Assembly (NCBI GenBank): GCA_964247055.1
Contig: OZ176055.1
Coordinates: 5,518,001 to 5,582,000 of the forward strand
Source: Paragordius varius
Taxonomy: Eukaryota > Animalia > Nematomorpha
Direction of reading: 5' to 3'
Length of the DNA: 64,000 nucleotides
The first letter of the stretch is position 1, and every line of letters starts with the position of its first letter. Below the pieces are notes generated by a model. The model saw nothing but the letters and a program-made list of their open reading frames with translations. It did not search any database and was not told where the DNA came from. Below are positions 25,681 to 38,117 of this stretch, one piece after another. A program made the translations under genes and the position numbers.

Positions 25681-27840
25681 TTATTCTTCCAAATATTCAG
25701 TATGCTTTTTGACTAGAAGCGAAACTAAATCTCTTTCAATGGTATTTTCTTCGCTTTGACTGCTATCCGGGGCCAATTCAATACAATCAGTCGTGATTTT
25801 GTACGTAGATTGTGGTACAAATTTTTTGTGCCTCTGTATATCATCATTGGTATATATGGAGAGTTTGATGTTTCTCGTTTGAAGTAAATTAGCTACAACC
25901 ACGTTTTGCCCATACAAGTTTAAGGAACGCAAAGCTTTTTTCTCTAAAATGTGTGCATCAGTTTCCAGCTTAAAGGATACAATAAAGGCCTGTGGACACC
26001 AAACGCTCCGTATAAGCCCTAGTTTTTTTGGTACTGGATAGAGGGTTAATGTAATCGGTTTTTCTGACGATATTTTATCCTCTGTCTAATAAGTTTTTTA
26101 TATAAAATGTTAATAAAAATTAATTATTACCTATATATATAATGTAAGTGGGATGAATATTTACCGAGTTAAATAAGTCTTACAGTCATAGTTTATATAA
26201 ATTTATTAAAAAAAATATTTGCGTTTATTTTTGAACATAAAACTAGGTCGGCATCTTTATAAAAATAATGTTGAACTATTATAAACAAATCTTAAAATTA
26301 TTGACCCTAAACGTCAACGCAATATATTCTGCATGATAATTCATTCATCATGAAACTTTGGGGTCCGTTTGTACGTTTTAGGAGGCTCAAATTTAGAGAT
26401 ATTAAGTCAGTGTTACTTTAGTAATAATTTAATTTCATATTAATGACATATAGTATAATGCGCCGAGCAGCTTTAAAACACGAAGTAAAACGCTTTAAAA
26501 AGATAAATGCCCAATGAAAATAAAATTACAAGTTTCGATAACTAATAAAATTAATGCAATTATATAAAGCTTAGTCAACGTAGCTGTTAGAACCCAGGTA
26601 AATTATAGTTTATTTTGCCAGCAAAATATAACTATTTAAACGTTTATATTTGCTTCTTTAACTCTGGGATTTATGGTTAAAAAATTTGAATTATGTACTA
26701 TAACATCGTTTATAAACTAAGGTTTTAATATATTGTTATCATAATTAGACCAAAGCTTTTAGGCCCAAAAACGCTTTTGTAAATTAAAAATTTTGATCAC
26801 TGGGTGATTTAATTTTTACGTATTTCATTTTAAAAAAATAGAACTTTCAAGCTTTAATTGAGTATAACTAAAATATTGATCCAGGTTATTTAAAATTTAT
26901 TTCCTTGTATCCCGTTTTACTGACTCTGTAAGATCAAAACGTAAAAATGGATTTCATTTAGTAATATGTAAAAAAGTTTTTATTAAGGGTTAGTTTTTTC
27001 AGTAAAAAATTTGAATGTACAACAAGAAACTTTAAAATAGATATTTTCCAAATTTTTTTATAATAAATGCGTTAAGATTTAAATGATTTTATACAATTAT
27101 TAGCGGTTCTAAAAACAAAAAATGCAGCAAAAATATTTAGGTTATTTAAATTTTAAATGTTTTTAAACAAAACACATAAAGGCGATAAAAGATTTTAACC
27201 GTATCTTGATTTTTAAGATATTAATCGGTATGGGTTAGCCAAATACCCTAAAAGGTTGTTTTAAAAAACTAAAAAAAACCTGGCATTCATCCGGAATGAA
27301 AAAATCAGAAACGGCTGCAGCATTAAATACAAAAGCAAATTTGTCGAATTTGTTTAACATTGCGCAACATAATTCCAGTAAATTAAAATACTCGGCCAAT
27401 GTTTCGAATTCAATTTCACACAATTTATTATGGGAAGTGGCGTCAAAAAATTTATCCAATACATTATTTAATGAATTTTTAACTACCAATTATAAGAATT
27501 ATAAAACTTGTGTAATTAGTTTCACCTTTCGTAAAATATGTTGATGGATCCCGCAAATATCTAAGATATGGGCGAAGTGTCCCTTTCCGATATAAGAAAA
27601 TGACCACATAATTGCATTCCAAAAAATATCTTTGATATACAATTTGACATACTCAGCGGACAAAGCACCACGCTTTCCTTTGCTAAAATTATCGAGAAAC
27701 CTTACAGTATTTATCTCAATAGGGACTTTAGTGCCTCCTGACTAATATTAAAACATAATTACTGTAATTAAAATAATTTTTGCCTTTACATTTTCAAAGC
27801 GCTCAATGAATTCGCATATTTTTTCAACATTTTCTTGCAT
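25681..27840 (-). CDS. PPCS: Phosphopantothenate--cysteine ligase; exons 27840..27763, 27741..27653, 27629..27526, 27482..27280, 26085..25681
   Basis: LIT|[30 protein letters not shown]|[23 protein letters not shown] and VVVANLL match PPCS/Cab2; introns of 21, 23, 43 and 1194 nt. Confidence 0.93.
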
Positions 27841-27890
27841 TTGGGTGCATTTTCTTCATTTGCCACAATTTGTCGTTAGTCCCATTCTGC
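27841..27890. promoter_or_regulatory. 50-nt divergent intergenic segment, PPCS / LTV1
   Basis: PPCS ATG at 27840 (first in frame; TGA upstream) and LTV1 ATG at 27891. An acceptor-like TTTGTCGTTAG lies 11 nt before the LTV1 ATG. Confidence 0.55.
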
Positions 27891-29862
27891 ATGGTCCGGA
27901 AAAAGAAGCAATTTATTGACAAAAAACATTGTAAAATTTTACCTCTTACACCTTATGCAAACAATGATTTTGAAAATACTTCAGTTTTTTAACAAATTTA
28001 TTTTAGGAAGGTGAAGATCGTATTGATCAACAGAGAAAGTGCGGAATCTTTTATGATGATGAATATGATTATCTTAAGCATTTGAAGCAAAGAGGAGAAA
28101 GGGATTCTGATTTGATAGATATTATTCACGTTGATGCCGATCCGGTAATTATTTAATTATAAAATATAATGGCAATCCCACACTTTTTTAAAAAAAGTGA
28201 AAATATAATAGTATTGTAATACATTTTGTTCGATAAGGCAATTCTTACATTATATTAGGGATAAAAAATTTAATTGTAAAATTATATGAGATTTTTAGCG
28301 TTTTTCTATCGCTAATATTACTTGATTTTAGCATAGTAATCAGCATGTGCATTTGTCTATTTTTATTAGTTATGTATATACAAAGCTAATCATATTGGAA
28401 ATAATATAATAATCCCACAATTTTATAATTCTCTTAGATAACGCTGGCAGAAACATTGAAACAAAAACCTCAAGAGTTTATTGGTATACGTCTCTATTTT
28501 AAAACAATTTGCCAACAATAGTTTATAATATTATTTTATTAATTTGCAGATGATGAATTACTTGAATCAATGGAAGCCATTTCTCAAATTAGTGACTTTG
28601 ATAAAACCGAGAACATTGATGATAATTTTGTCGCGCTTTTGAATGGGCAAAGTGCTTCATCTATAATTAACTCCAAACCAAACGAATTAAGTGACGAATA
28701 CGATTCCTTAGATGAAATGAATTCCAAATTTGATCAGGCATAAATTAATATATTTAATTTAGATAATGTAATTTCAATTATTTGTTGAGATTAAATGATT
28801 TTTAATTTATTTTCTTTATTATAAGATTTACACAAGTTATGGGAATGAAGATATTGGATCTCTTAGCTTAGATGAGTTGGATGAATCGGAACAATTCACA
28901 AAAAATAAAGATATATGCTTGGAAAAATTAATGGATTATCAAAATTTAATTTCATCAGAAAAACCAAAAAATAAGTAAAAACGCTTTCTTGCATTCCCTA
29001 AATTTACATAATATATACTACATTTTTTAAATAATGTTATATGCACTATTTAAAAAGTTTCGCTTTAAAACACTAATTTTTGTTATTGAATGTTTTTTTT
29101 TATCATATTATTATATGATGATTTAGTAAAAGGTTTGAGGTTTGTTTGGGCCAACATACCCAATACAAATATGATTACAAAGATTTCCTGATCCACCATA
29201 AATATAAGCCAACATTTAATAGTTTTTTTACGGTATGATGCAGGTTATTATAATCTTTTTTGTTGCTTGCATTTAAGAAAGGATTCCGTTGTATCAAAAA
29301 AATGGGAAAACTTTGATATAGATGTGCCAAAGGATTCACCACATATCACAAAATATCTCTATGTTCAGGATGAATCACCTGATGAAAATGTCTCCATTTT
29401 GTCAGACTTTACTACCGAATCTGAAGACTATACCATGCCTAAAACACAATGTGTTTCTTTACAATCCACTGAAGTTTTAGATAAGACACAACCAAAAATG
29501 ATTGATATTCCATTCAAAGTACCAATTTTTATAATTTTAATTTCATTCAATTTTATCGCAATAAAATTAATAATTTGTCTAATAAATATTATTAGACAAA
29601 CAATACTCGTGAAAAAAGTACAAATAGTGAAAACACTGCTCTTCCTACAAAACCGCCAAACATTAAAATGCAAGAATCAAATCTTATAGTACATGACAAA
29701 GAAGCTAATAAAGAACGGAAACAAATGGTGAAAGCCGAACGGAGAGCCAATAGAGCAACGAAAAAAATCCTTAAACAAACTTATAAAATTTTATCAAATC
29801 AAGAACAAAAACTCCATATTATTAATTCACAATCACATTCTCGAGCTTTAAAACTTTCTTGA
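27891..29862 (+). CDS. LTV1: 40S ribosome biogenesis factor LTV1; exons 27891-27983, 28007-28144, 28438-28483, 28550-28737, 28826-28974, 29278-29518, 29596-29862
   Basis: MVRKKKQFIDKK, QQRKCGIFYDDEYDYLKHLK, DDNFVALLN, YGNEDIGSL and C-terminal KERKQMVKAERRANRATKK match LTV1 motifs; needs a 23-nt intron and probably a GC-AG intron (28738-28825). Central exons are diverged, so those boundaries are less certain. Confidence 0.85.
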
Positions 29863-30268
29863 TATTTTTGTGCAAAAATATAATTTATTTGATCAATATA
29901 ATTATTATAATATATGATTAGTAATGTTGGCGATCTATGGTTTCTTTAAAGAACTATTGTTAATGAGCGTATTTGTACTTCCAAATTGATTGAATAATCG
30001 GTTAAAGTGATTTCTAAAAATGTAATAAGACACGATAATTTGTATGTATTTTGGTAACAGTAAAAATTATTCAAACAAAACGTAAAAACATTGAGACAAA
30101 TATTTTTGTTCAAAAGATAACCATACTTTTTTGAACTTTGACTTTTCCTATTATAAATTGTCTATTTACAAACGTAAAATATATTATTGTTTAACAATTA
30201 ACGTCTCTATTTCATACTTTGCATTACAACACCCAAAATCAAGTTAAAAAGTGTGATTGTATTTTTGT

Positions 30269-33135
30269 CTATATAATTTTACTTTTAAATATATAAAAGA
30301 GTTTCCAAGTGTTATACCTGGAATATCTCATCCATTGATAAGCTAGAACAATCAAAAGTAAAAGCATGGTACTGAAAGTCATTACAGTCATACTGATATC
30401 AGCCACATTATATTGGCATCGAGATCCAACGTGATACCATTTTAAGCATGTACAGACTATGGCTAATGTTTTTGGGCCATTTTTCTCATCTAATCTTATT
30501 TCTGTCATTTTGTTTGCAGATAAATCGCTGTGGCAAATACCATTATTTTGACATGTATTTTCTTGACATTCCGCTGCTTATTGCAATATTAATTTATATT
30601 AAATGGTGGATCCAATAAGACTTTAAAAAACAAAAATTGTCTAATTATTTAAAGTTTTTCATACCTAACACAGTAATGGTGTAAGTAAATCAACTTTTTT
30701 ATTAATTCAAATCGCGATTTACAATTTTGGGAAATTTGCAATTTAAGAGTATATGCCTGGATATTAATATGCAAAATTAGTATTAAATTAAACCCAATAT
30801 TTTGCTTTTTTGTTACTTTTTCTAATCTTTTTATGGTACTTTGGAAGTGTTCATAAATACAAAAGAGCAAATATAACCTAAATTGACACCAGGGCCAACG
30901 CTTGTCAAATTTTGTCTCAGGTTTCGGTAACTTTCTAACAGTTTTGGACAAAATGGTTCCGATAATGATTGTTTTTAGGTTAAATGATTCTAACGGTTCT
31001 TTTATTTAATTGAACTTTTTCAATCAACCAACTGATTCAGAATCAAACATTTTGGTTCTACCCCAGTTCTATTCCACTTTTTAGATGTGGTAAATTAAGC
31101 TTTAAACATAAATTAATTACTTTTGCACTTTATAAGTCCACTCTCCTCTTCAATATATTCAATCATGCCCGGTTTGCATTTACAACCTCGGAACAAAACT
31201 CCATCGCTAATGCACAATGTATTAGGATCAGGACATAATTGTATTCCTTTTCCTCGATTTTCTACTTTGCAGGGATCTTTATTATATATGGTCCGTAATT
31301 TGCTGTGCGTTAAGTTTAATGGAGTATGGCTTGGAGGGCTATTTAATCCATTCACCAACATTTCTTACGTTTAAAAACAAATTTTATTTATTAAACCATA
31401 AATATTCAAAAAAATTTATTTTTGAAAATTACTTTTAATGTCATCCGCCGTTTTGTTGGCGCCATCACGCAATACTATATCGGCATGAACTACCAAGCTG
31501 CCAGGAGCAAATCGAATCACATAAACATTTAATATAAAACCCAAGGCATCATTATTTGCTAAAATGATCAGCCAAATGGACGAAAGAAACTTCGCTTGCA
31601 TGGCTTTATAAGCTGGTGATTTAGCATTTAGGTAATCTGCACGAAATCTTATGGTTGTTAAGTAAACGACTACTCTTACTGTGGCAGATGGAACTATTCA
31701 TAATATGTATATTATATATAACAAAAATTAAAAATATGCGAAGAAACATATAAAAGTAAAAGACATTGAACCATTCATTTTGTTAAATGAACCGGCTAAA
31801 GTGGCTCAAATGGGTAAAGGTCTGAATTATCTTATGGTTTAAAAGTTGAGATTAGAAAAGTTTTATTTTTTGGCTAAAAAAGTTTATTATAAGAGGAGGA
31901 AAGTAGGGAAGCCATCTGATATTATACGAATTTTAGTCTGCTGGGATAAGTTGTTAAAGAGTCGTTTTAAAAACAAAGAACAGTCATTTAATTTAAATTC
32001 ACTTTTTATATAACCTAAGAAAGGAAATTAAGGGTGGTTGTATATACAAATCAACCCTATAAGGCTCCAAAAGATAATTGTCTAAGGAAACGCATTTGAA
32101 TTTTGATTATCTTTAATATTTTTTGAATTTAACCAAGAAAGTATTAATTAATCTATATATTAAAATGGAAAATGCTGGCTTTGTGATCTGTTTCCAGAAA
32201 ACCGGTCGACCCTTTCAAATCCAAACATCGAAAAAATATAATCATTAATAAATGCCCCGACAATAGCTTCGCCCATTGTTTGAAATAGGCCCCCAGTTTG
32301 GGACCACCCCTTGTGAAAAACGGGTTTTTTGAAAACAGAAGTCCACAAAAATCGTGTCTTTGAGACAATTTTCCGGAGAACGTGTTGGACCATTCAATTT
32401 CAAATATGATTTTTGTTTACTTATTTTGCGCCGAACATAGTGGGCTCGCTTTTTTAATTTAGGCCCCTTTTTACCCGCCCCCCTCCCCCCCACCCCCCCC
32501 CCCCCCCCCCGTAGTATCCATTTTTTTCAACAAAAAAACAAAGTCCACAAAAAAATTTTTGAATCTATTTTTCCCCAAGTCAATATATTAGTATAAATGC
32601 ACCGTTTTAAAATTCCTATGAGATCATAACTATTAAATAATGTTTCGGAATAATTCACATATGTGGATCATTTTATTGTTTCTTTTTTCGAATAGCCCCC
32701 CCCCCCCCCCCCCCGAAGTCCGAAGGACTTCCTCGGCATCACGAGATTGCTAGTATTATTATATTATTCAATTCATGAAAACAAAATAACAATAAGTTAT
32801 ATATAAGTTAAGAAGGAAATATTTATTTAATCCACAAACCTCCGCAATTATTGCTAGTGGGATCTAGGATAAAAGGTGCAGGACACTGGCATACAGATGG
32901 ATTATTATTGATTGATATACATTTTCGTGGGCTGACACAATTAATGTTTGGTTGACAAAAGGACATGGCGCTCGCTAGGACTCGTCCATCATCAAAGTTT
33001 TGGTTTTTTATCGGTGCTATTAGATACCAAGCTGAAACAAAATAAAATTAAGATTGACAAAGAGTGTTTGAGATAAAAAATTGTTATAATTAATTTACCC
33101 GTCCATAACAATACAAGAATATATGGTTGAAGCAT
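30269..33135 (-). CDS. EGF-like / SEA-domain single-pass membrane protein (mucin-like); exon structure partly resolved
   Basis: Signal-like MLQPYILVLLWTAWYLI (33135); Cys-rich EGF-like exons (33031-32840, 31363-31121, ~30570-30400); SEA motif FRADYLNAKSPAY...IRFAPGSLVV (31693-31433); TM ISMTVMTFSTMLLLLIVLAYQW. Exon(s) in 30600-31100 and the true C-terminus are unresolved. Confidence 0.65.
32152..32753 (+). mobile_element. Non-autonomous Helitron (602 bp), copy 2, in an intron of the SEA/EGF gene
   Basis: A|TCTATATATT 5' end; 3' hairpins GAAGTCC-GAA-GGACTTC and CTCG-GCATCA-CGAG followed by CTAG|T; inserted between A and T with no TSD; 5' 400 bp homologous to 10270-10670. Confidence 0.8.
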
Positions 33136-33947
33136 TAAATTGCATAAATATTTGATTGTTACTTATTATACTAAGCTAGAAATAATTTCCCTGCCAATAT
33201 TTGATTAAGTCATCGTAAACGACAAATATTCACTTTTTGGTATACTGATCTACATTCTGAAAAGAATGTTATTCCGATAATACCTAGCAAGAATTTGGCA
33301 CCCTACTGCTAAATAGTTGTAGTATTTTTAGCATTTATATATTTAAACCGATAATAATTATTTGTTTAAACATAAAATTTATGCTAAATAAATTTTTCCC
33401 TAATAACATCCTTTCTTAAAGAAATTTAATTATAATCCTTTAACGCAACAAAAATTGTGACAAAACCTCATAATTGGGTTGAAACATCTAGAATGTAACT
33501 AATTTAATAGGCATTCAAAACATTTTATTTAAATTTGTACTAGCATGCCATGATTTGATAGAAATAATGTTCCAATCCAATATTAACATGATAAAATATT
33601 TCTGAACTTTTTTTATAAAAGGTATATGTTATAACAATTAATATTTTATGTTCTCGGCCTTATTTATACCAAACTATTATAGTTATTTATTATCAATTTT
33701 AGCTTAGAGACTTCAGGCTACATAAGGCTTAATTTAAAAAAGAGGTTTCTATCTTTCTTCCATAAATGATATATTGGACTATTAAAAAATGGGAACTCAC
33801 GATTTCTAGAAATTTGCTGCAATATATATTTAACTCAAAATTATACGACTTTTTCATAATTCATATGATGAGTAAGTAGTGAATATTTAGATATCTACAA
33901 TCAAAATAAAATTCCCTTAAAAACATAAAATGCAAAAAATAAAAAAA

Positions 33948-34019
33948 TGCCTCCTGAGAGGATTGAACTCCCGACCCCTGGTTTACAAGACCAGTGCTCT
34001 GCCACTGAGCTAAAGAGGC
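33948..34019 (-). tRNA. tRNA-Thr (anticodon TGT)
   Basis: 72-nt cloverleaf GCCTCTTTAGCTCAGTGGCAGAGCACTGGTCTTGTAAACCAGGGGTCGGGAGTTCAATCCTCTCAGGAGGCA; A and B boxes present; followed by an oligo-T Pol III terminator. Confidence 0.96.
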
Positions 34020-35086
34020 TACTATTAGAATTTGAAAATTATAGCATAATGAACCAACACACCTTGTAGGCAAAATTTTTAAATAGAAAAACTTTTAGCT
34101 CATTCACATGGATTATTAAAAGTTGAGGATGAACTTCCTCCTCCTGTTAACACGGAGGAATTTTTGAGCCTGTTTTTTTTAGGACTAAGGTTATTCCATA
34201 AGCCGATATCTCGAGAACTAGAAAGAATTTTTGGAATCTAAAAACTGTATTAACCTAAGTAACGTATATTTAATATATGTATATGGTAGGTTACGGAAGT
34301 TTTGAACATGTAGCAAAAAATATTTTTTTTCAGGTAAATGCTTACTAAATGTCATAATGTTTTAGTGCTTTATTTTTTATATTTAGGCAAGAATTAGTCA
34401 GATAAATAAGTTTATAAGCAATTCTTTCAACTGAATAGAATATCATTCAAATAACTACAGATATGTATTTTTTAAATTTAAAATATGTCATCAAATATAC
34501 TCGTCGCTTGAAACCATACTAAATGATAATATCATCAGAAATACTATCGAGTATTTTAAAAGTTGGTTTATTTTTAAGGTGACCAGACGTCCCGCTTTTG
34601 GCGGGACAGTCCCGCTTTTTCACATTTTGTCCCGCCTCCCGCTACGTTTATAAGATGTCCCGCTTTTTCATAATTATATAAAAAAAAAATTTTTTTTTTA
34701 ATACAAATAAATTTTTTTATTTTAAATTAAAATTTTTTATTTTTAGATTAAAAATATTTATTTTTTTCCAATTTATATCATATGATTATACACTTTCCTT
34801 CCTGCTACTACTGTCATTAATATCAAAAAGCCTAGTTATACTAGATCAAAAGACAAATTGATATTATAAATCGATACCTTACACGCTTTTTCCAGAAATT
34901 AAGGTAATATAACATTTATTATACTAATATTTAGTTTTAATACTTGCCAACATTATAAAAAATTTAAATTAATACTACAAATCGGTAGCTTAAAATACAA
35001 ATTGATACCACAAATCGTTACCTTACACGCTTTTCCAGAAAATTAAGGTAATATAACATTTATTATACTAATAGTAGTTTATAAAT

Positions 35087-36929
35087 ATGAACACAAAAAG
35101 AGGCTGTAAATTCAATGATGAATTAATGAAAGATTTTTCTTTCATTAAAAAAACGAAGAATGAATCGTCTGTTAAATGTCTTATATGCGATGGGAAATTC
35201 ACCCTGGCACATGGCGGCAAACATGACATTACAAAGCATATTGAGAAACATCAAAAATGTTTAATTATAACTGCATCATCTCACAAGATGAGCGATTTTT
35301 TTCGAAAAACCGCTTTTGGAGAGGAAGAAAAGAATTTAGCACTTGCTGAGGGCCTGATATCCTTTCACGCATTAAACTATTGCCATTCATTTCGTTCAAT
35401 GGATTGTACCTCACAGGTTATTCGCACGTTATTCAATAAAATATTTACATGTGCCCGTACAAAGGCTGAAGCCATTGTATGCTATGTTTTTTCGCCACAT
35501 GCTTTTTCTGAAATACAAAAAGATTTGCTAAAAATTAATTTCTTTTCCCTATACTCTGATGCTTCAAATCACAATGAAACAAAATTATTTCCTACTTTGA
35601 TAAGATATTTTGATTCAGAAACCGGAGTAAAAATTAAAATTTTAGATTTAATTTCCCTACCCGGTGAAAATTCTGAAATAATATTTACTTCAATAATGCA
35701 TATTCTAGAAAAAAATAATTTAAAAGACAAAATTATCGCATATTGCGCTGACAACACCAATACGAACTTTGGTGGAAAAGCAAGGAGAGGAACAAAAAAT
35801 ATTTTTCATAAATTAACAGATAATCTTAATCAAAACATTATTGGCGTAGGGTGTGCAGCGTATATAAAACACAACGCTATTCAAACAGCTGCAGATTTAC
35901 CCTTAGATGTGGAAAATGTAGTAGTTAAAATATATTCCTATTTTTTTATATACACGGTACGTGTTGAAACGCTTAAAAAATTCTGTGAAAATGCAGAAGT
36001 TCAATATCAAAAAATGCTTGGATATTGTGAAACTCGTTGGTTAGCTTTTATGCCATCTCTCGAAAGAATTTTAAAAATGATGTCTATTAAAATCTTTATC
36101 ACTGGACAAATGTCTTACAACTTAAAAAAGTTTTTTGAAAGTGATTCTTCAAAATTATGGTTAAAAATCTTACATATCCAAGCTTCTCTCTTTCAAAATG
36201 TTATTAAATTTATAGAAGGTGACAAAATTTCAGCAATCGAAGTAGCCAATGAAGTTAGTAACCTAAAATTCCAATGTTAAGAACGGTTAGAAAATAATTT
36301 TATACCATTAACCATCCGTAATATAATAAATAATTAACAAGCCTTAATAAATCGCCAAGATATTCTGTACAATTTAAAAATGTTTTATACAAACTGTAAA
36401 GATTATTTGGAAGACTGGACGTCGCAATTCAATGAAATTGATCATTTTCATTGGATAACATTAAAATCAGAATTTAATTGGTGGGTTGTTCAAAAATCAT
36501 TTGATTATATCTGCTCCTAAAAATTCTCAAAAAGTATTCTTTCAGAAAATGATCTTTTTTCTGAAGTATCATTAAAAGATATATTAATAATGAAAAACTT
36601 AAATTATGGACAAAAGAAAAATATACAGTAGAAAAAAAATGGTTGGAAATATTTCATCATTTTAAAGCCAATATTACATACAATAACATTTTAAAAATTG
36701 TGGAATTCGCACTATACCTGGAACCAACGCTGCTACTGAGCGCGTTTTTTCCACAGTAAATCAGGTGTGGACATCGGAAAAATCAAATTTAAATGTTGAA
36801 ACTTTGAAGGCCGTTTTATCTGTCAAATATAATTTGACAAATTCTTGTGAAGACTTCTACAATATTTTAAAAAATGATGACAATCTGCTAAAACGCATTC
36901 ACTCAAACCAAAAATATACCAAAGAATAA
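35087..36929 (+). pseudogene. hAT transposase pseudogene
   Basis: Zn-finger-like KCLICDGKF..HGGKHDITKH; catalytic motifs YSDASNH and ADNTNTNFGG; ETRWL; dimerisation-domain PGTNAATERVFS. In-frame TAA at 36278-36280 and later frameshifts. Confidence 0.9.
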
Positions 36930-36969
36930 AATATTTTCTTTAAAGTTTTTGTGTTAAAAAACATAATTA

Positions 36970-37792
36970 CCTAAAATATTGTATAAGTCTTCATAAATTG
37001 TCAAATTATATTTGAACACATAAAAGGTCTTTATTCAACATTTAAATTTGATTCCGTGTCCACACTTGATTTACTGTGGAAAAACGCGTTCAATAGCAGT
37101 GCTTCAGGTGAAGATAATGCAAATTCTACAATTAAAATATTATTGTATGGAACATAATTTTTTTAAAAATGATTATTTTAACCTATCCTACGTATTTTTT
37201 TCTGTTGTTTATAATATAAGCTTTCATTCAATATATTTATTTAATAATGAGACTTCATTAAAAAGTGTCATTGTGCACCGTTTTGTCTTCCAAATAATCG
37301 TTTCTGTTTGTATAAAACATTTTTATATTCTGGCTCTTCATTGAGCCTTGTTTTTCTGGATGCTTTATGATATTGCGATTAAGTAATGGTATAAAATTAT
37401 TTTCTAACCTTTTTTGACTTGGAATTTTGACCTTTGTCTGATAAAAAATAGGATTCTAGGAGATCACATTTTTATAAATATTTCAATCGCTGGCAAAAGA
37501 GCTAACCAACAGTTCTACAATATCCAAGCATTTTAACATCTATATTTTCCACATCCAGGGGTAACAAATCGGTAGCTGTTTGAATAGCGTTGTGTATCTG
37601 CCAATAATGTTTTGATAAAGTTTATTCGCTAAATTGTTAAAAATATTTTTTGTGCCGCTTCTTGCATGACCCAGCGCACTTTGTGATGATTTGGTCTTTA
37701 TTATTTTTTTCTAGAATATTACAATCACTTCACCCTTTGTTCGTGCACATGTAAATTTATTGAATAAGGTACAAACAACCTGTGAGGTACAA
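36970..37792 (-). repeat. Diverged inverted partial copy of the transposase inside hAT copy 2
   Basis: Reverse complements match 36720-36870, 35700-35900 and 35404-35475 with internal deletions (for example 37034-37110 versus 36722-36800). Confidence 0.88.
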
Positions 37793-38117
37793 ATTTTTTT
37801 ATATTTATAATCTATTTGTGTTAAAAATAAATATATATTACAATAAATTTTTTGATAAAAATTTTTGGTTGTACCCCCCAATGACCCCCCCCCCTCAGAT
37901 TTGTCCCGCTTTTTCCTTCAAAAAATCTGGTCACCTTATTTATTTTAGACATGTATTTCTGCCACGTACTTATGATAATCGGAGTAATCGGTAATATATA
38001 TTTGTATAAAAGCGATAGGTAACATTGATGAAAATAAGTTAGCAAATCCCCAAACTTGAATCGAAGTATTAAACCAATGGCAGAGAGCGGTGACTACATC
38101 TCCACTTGTCATATATA

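Larger units (their letters stand above)
34575..37938 (+). mobile_element. hAT family A, copy 2 (3364 bp; near-full-length transposase plus inverted partial copy)
   Basis: TIRs TAAGGTGACCAGA (34575) and TCTGGTCACCTTA (ends 37938); TSD TTTATTTT at 34567-34574 and 37939-37946; GTCCCGC subterminal repeats. Confidence 0.95.

Noticed and set aside
31100-31120. 21-nt GT-AG candidate intron in the SEA/EGF gene
   Set aside because: Splicing gives an immediate in-frame TAA, so it is not counted as a micro-intron.
33140-33330. Hydrophobic ORF piece upstream of the SEA/EGF start (AKFLLGIIGITFFSECRS)
   Set aside because: No in-frame start and the phase does not join exon 1; possibly a UTR exon.
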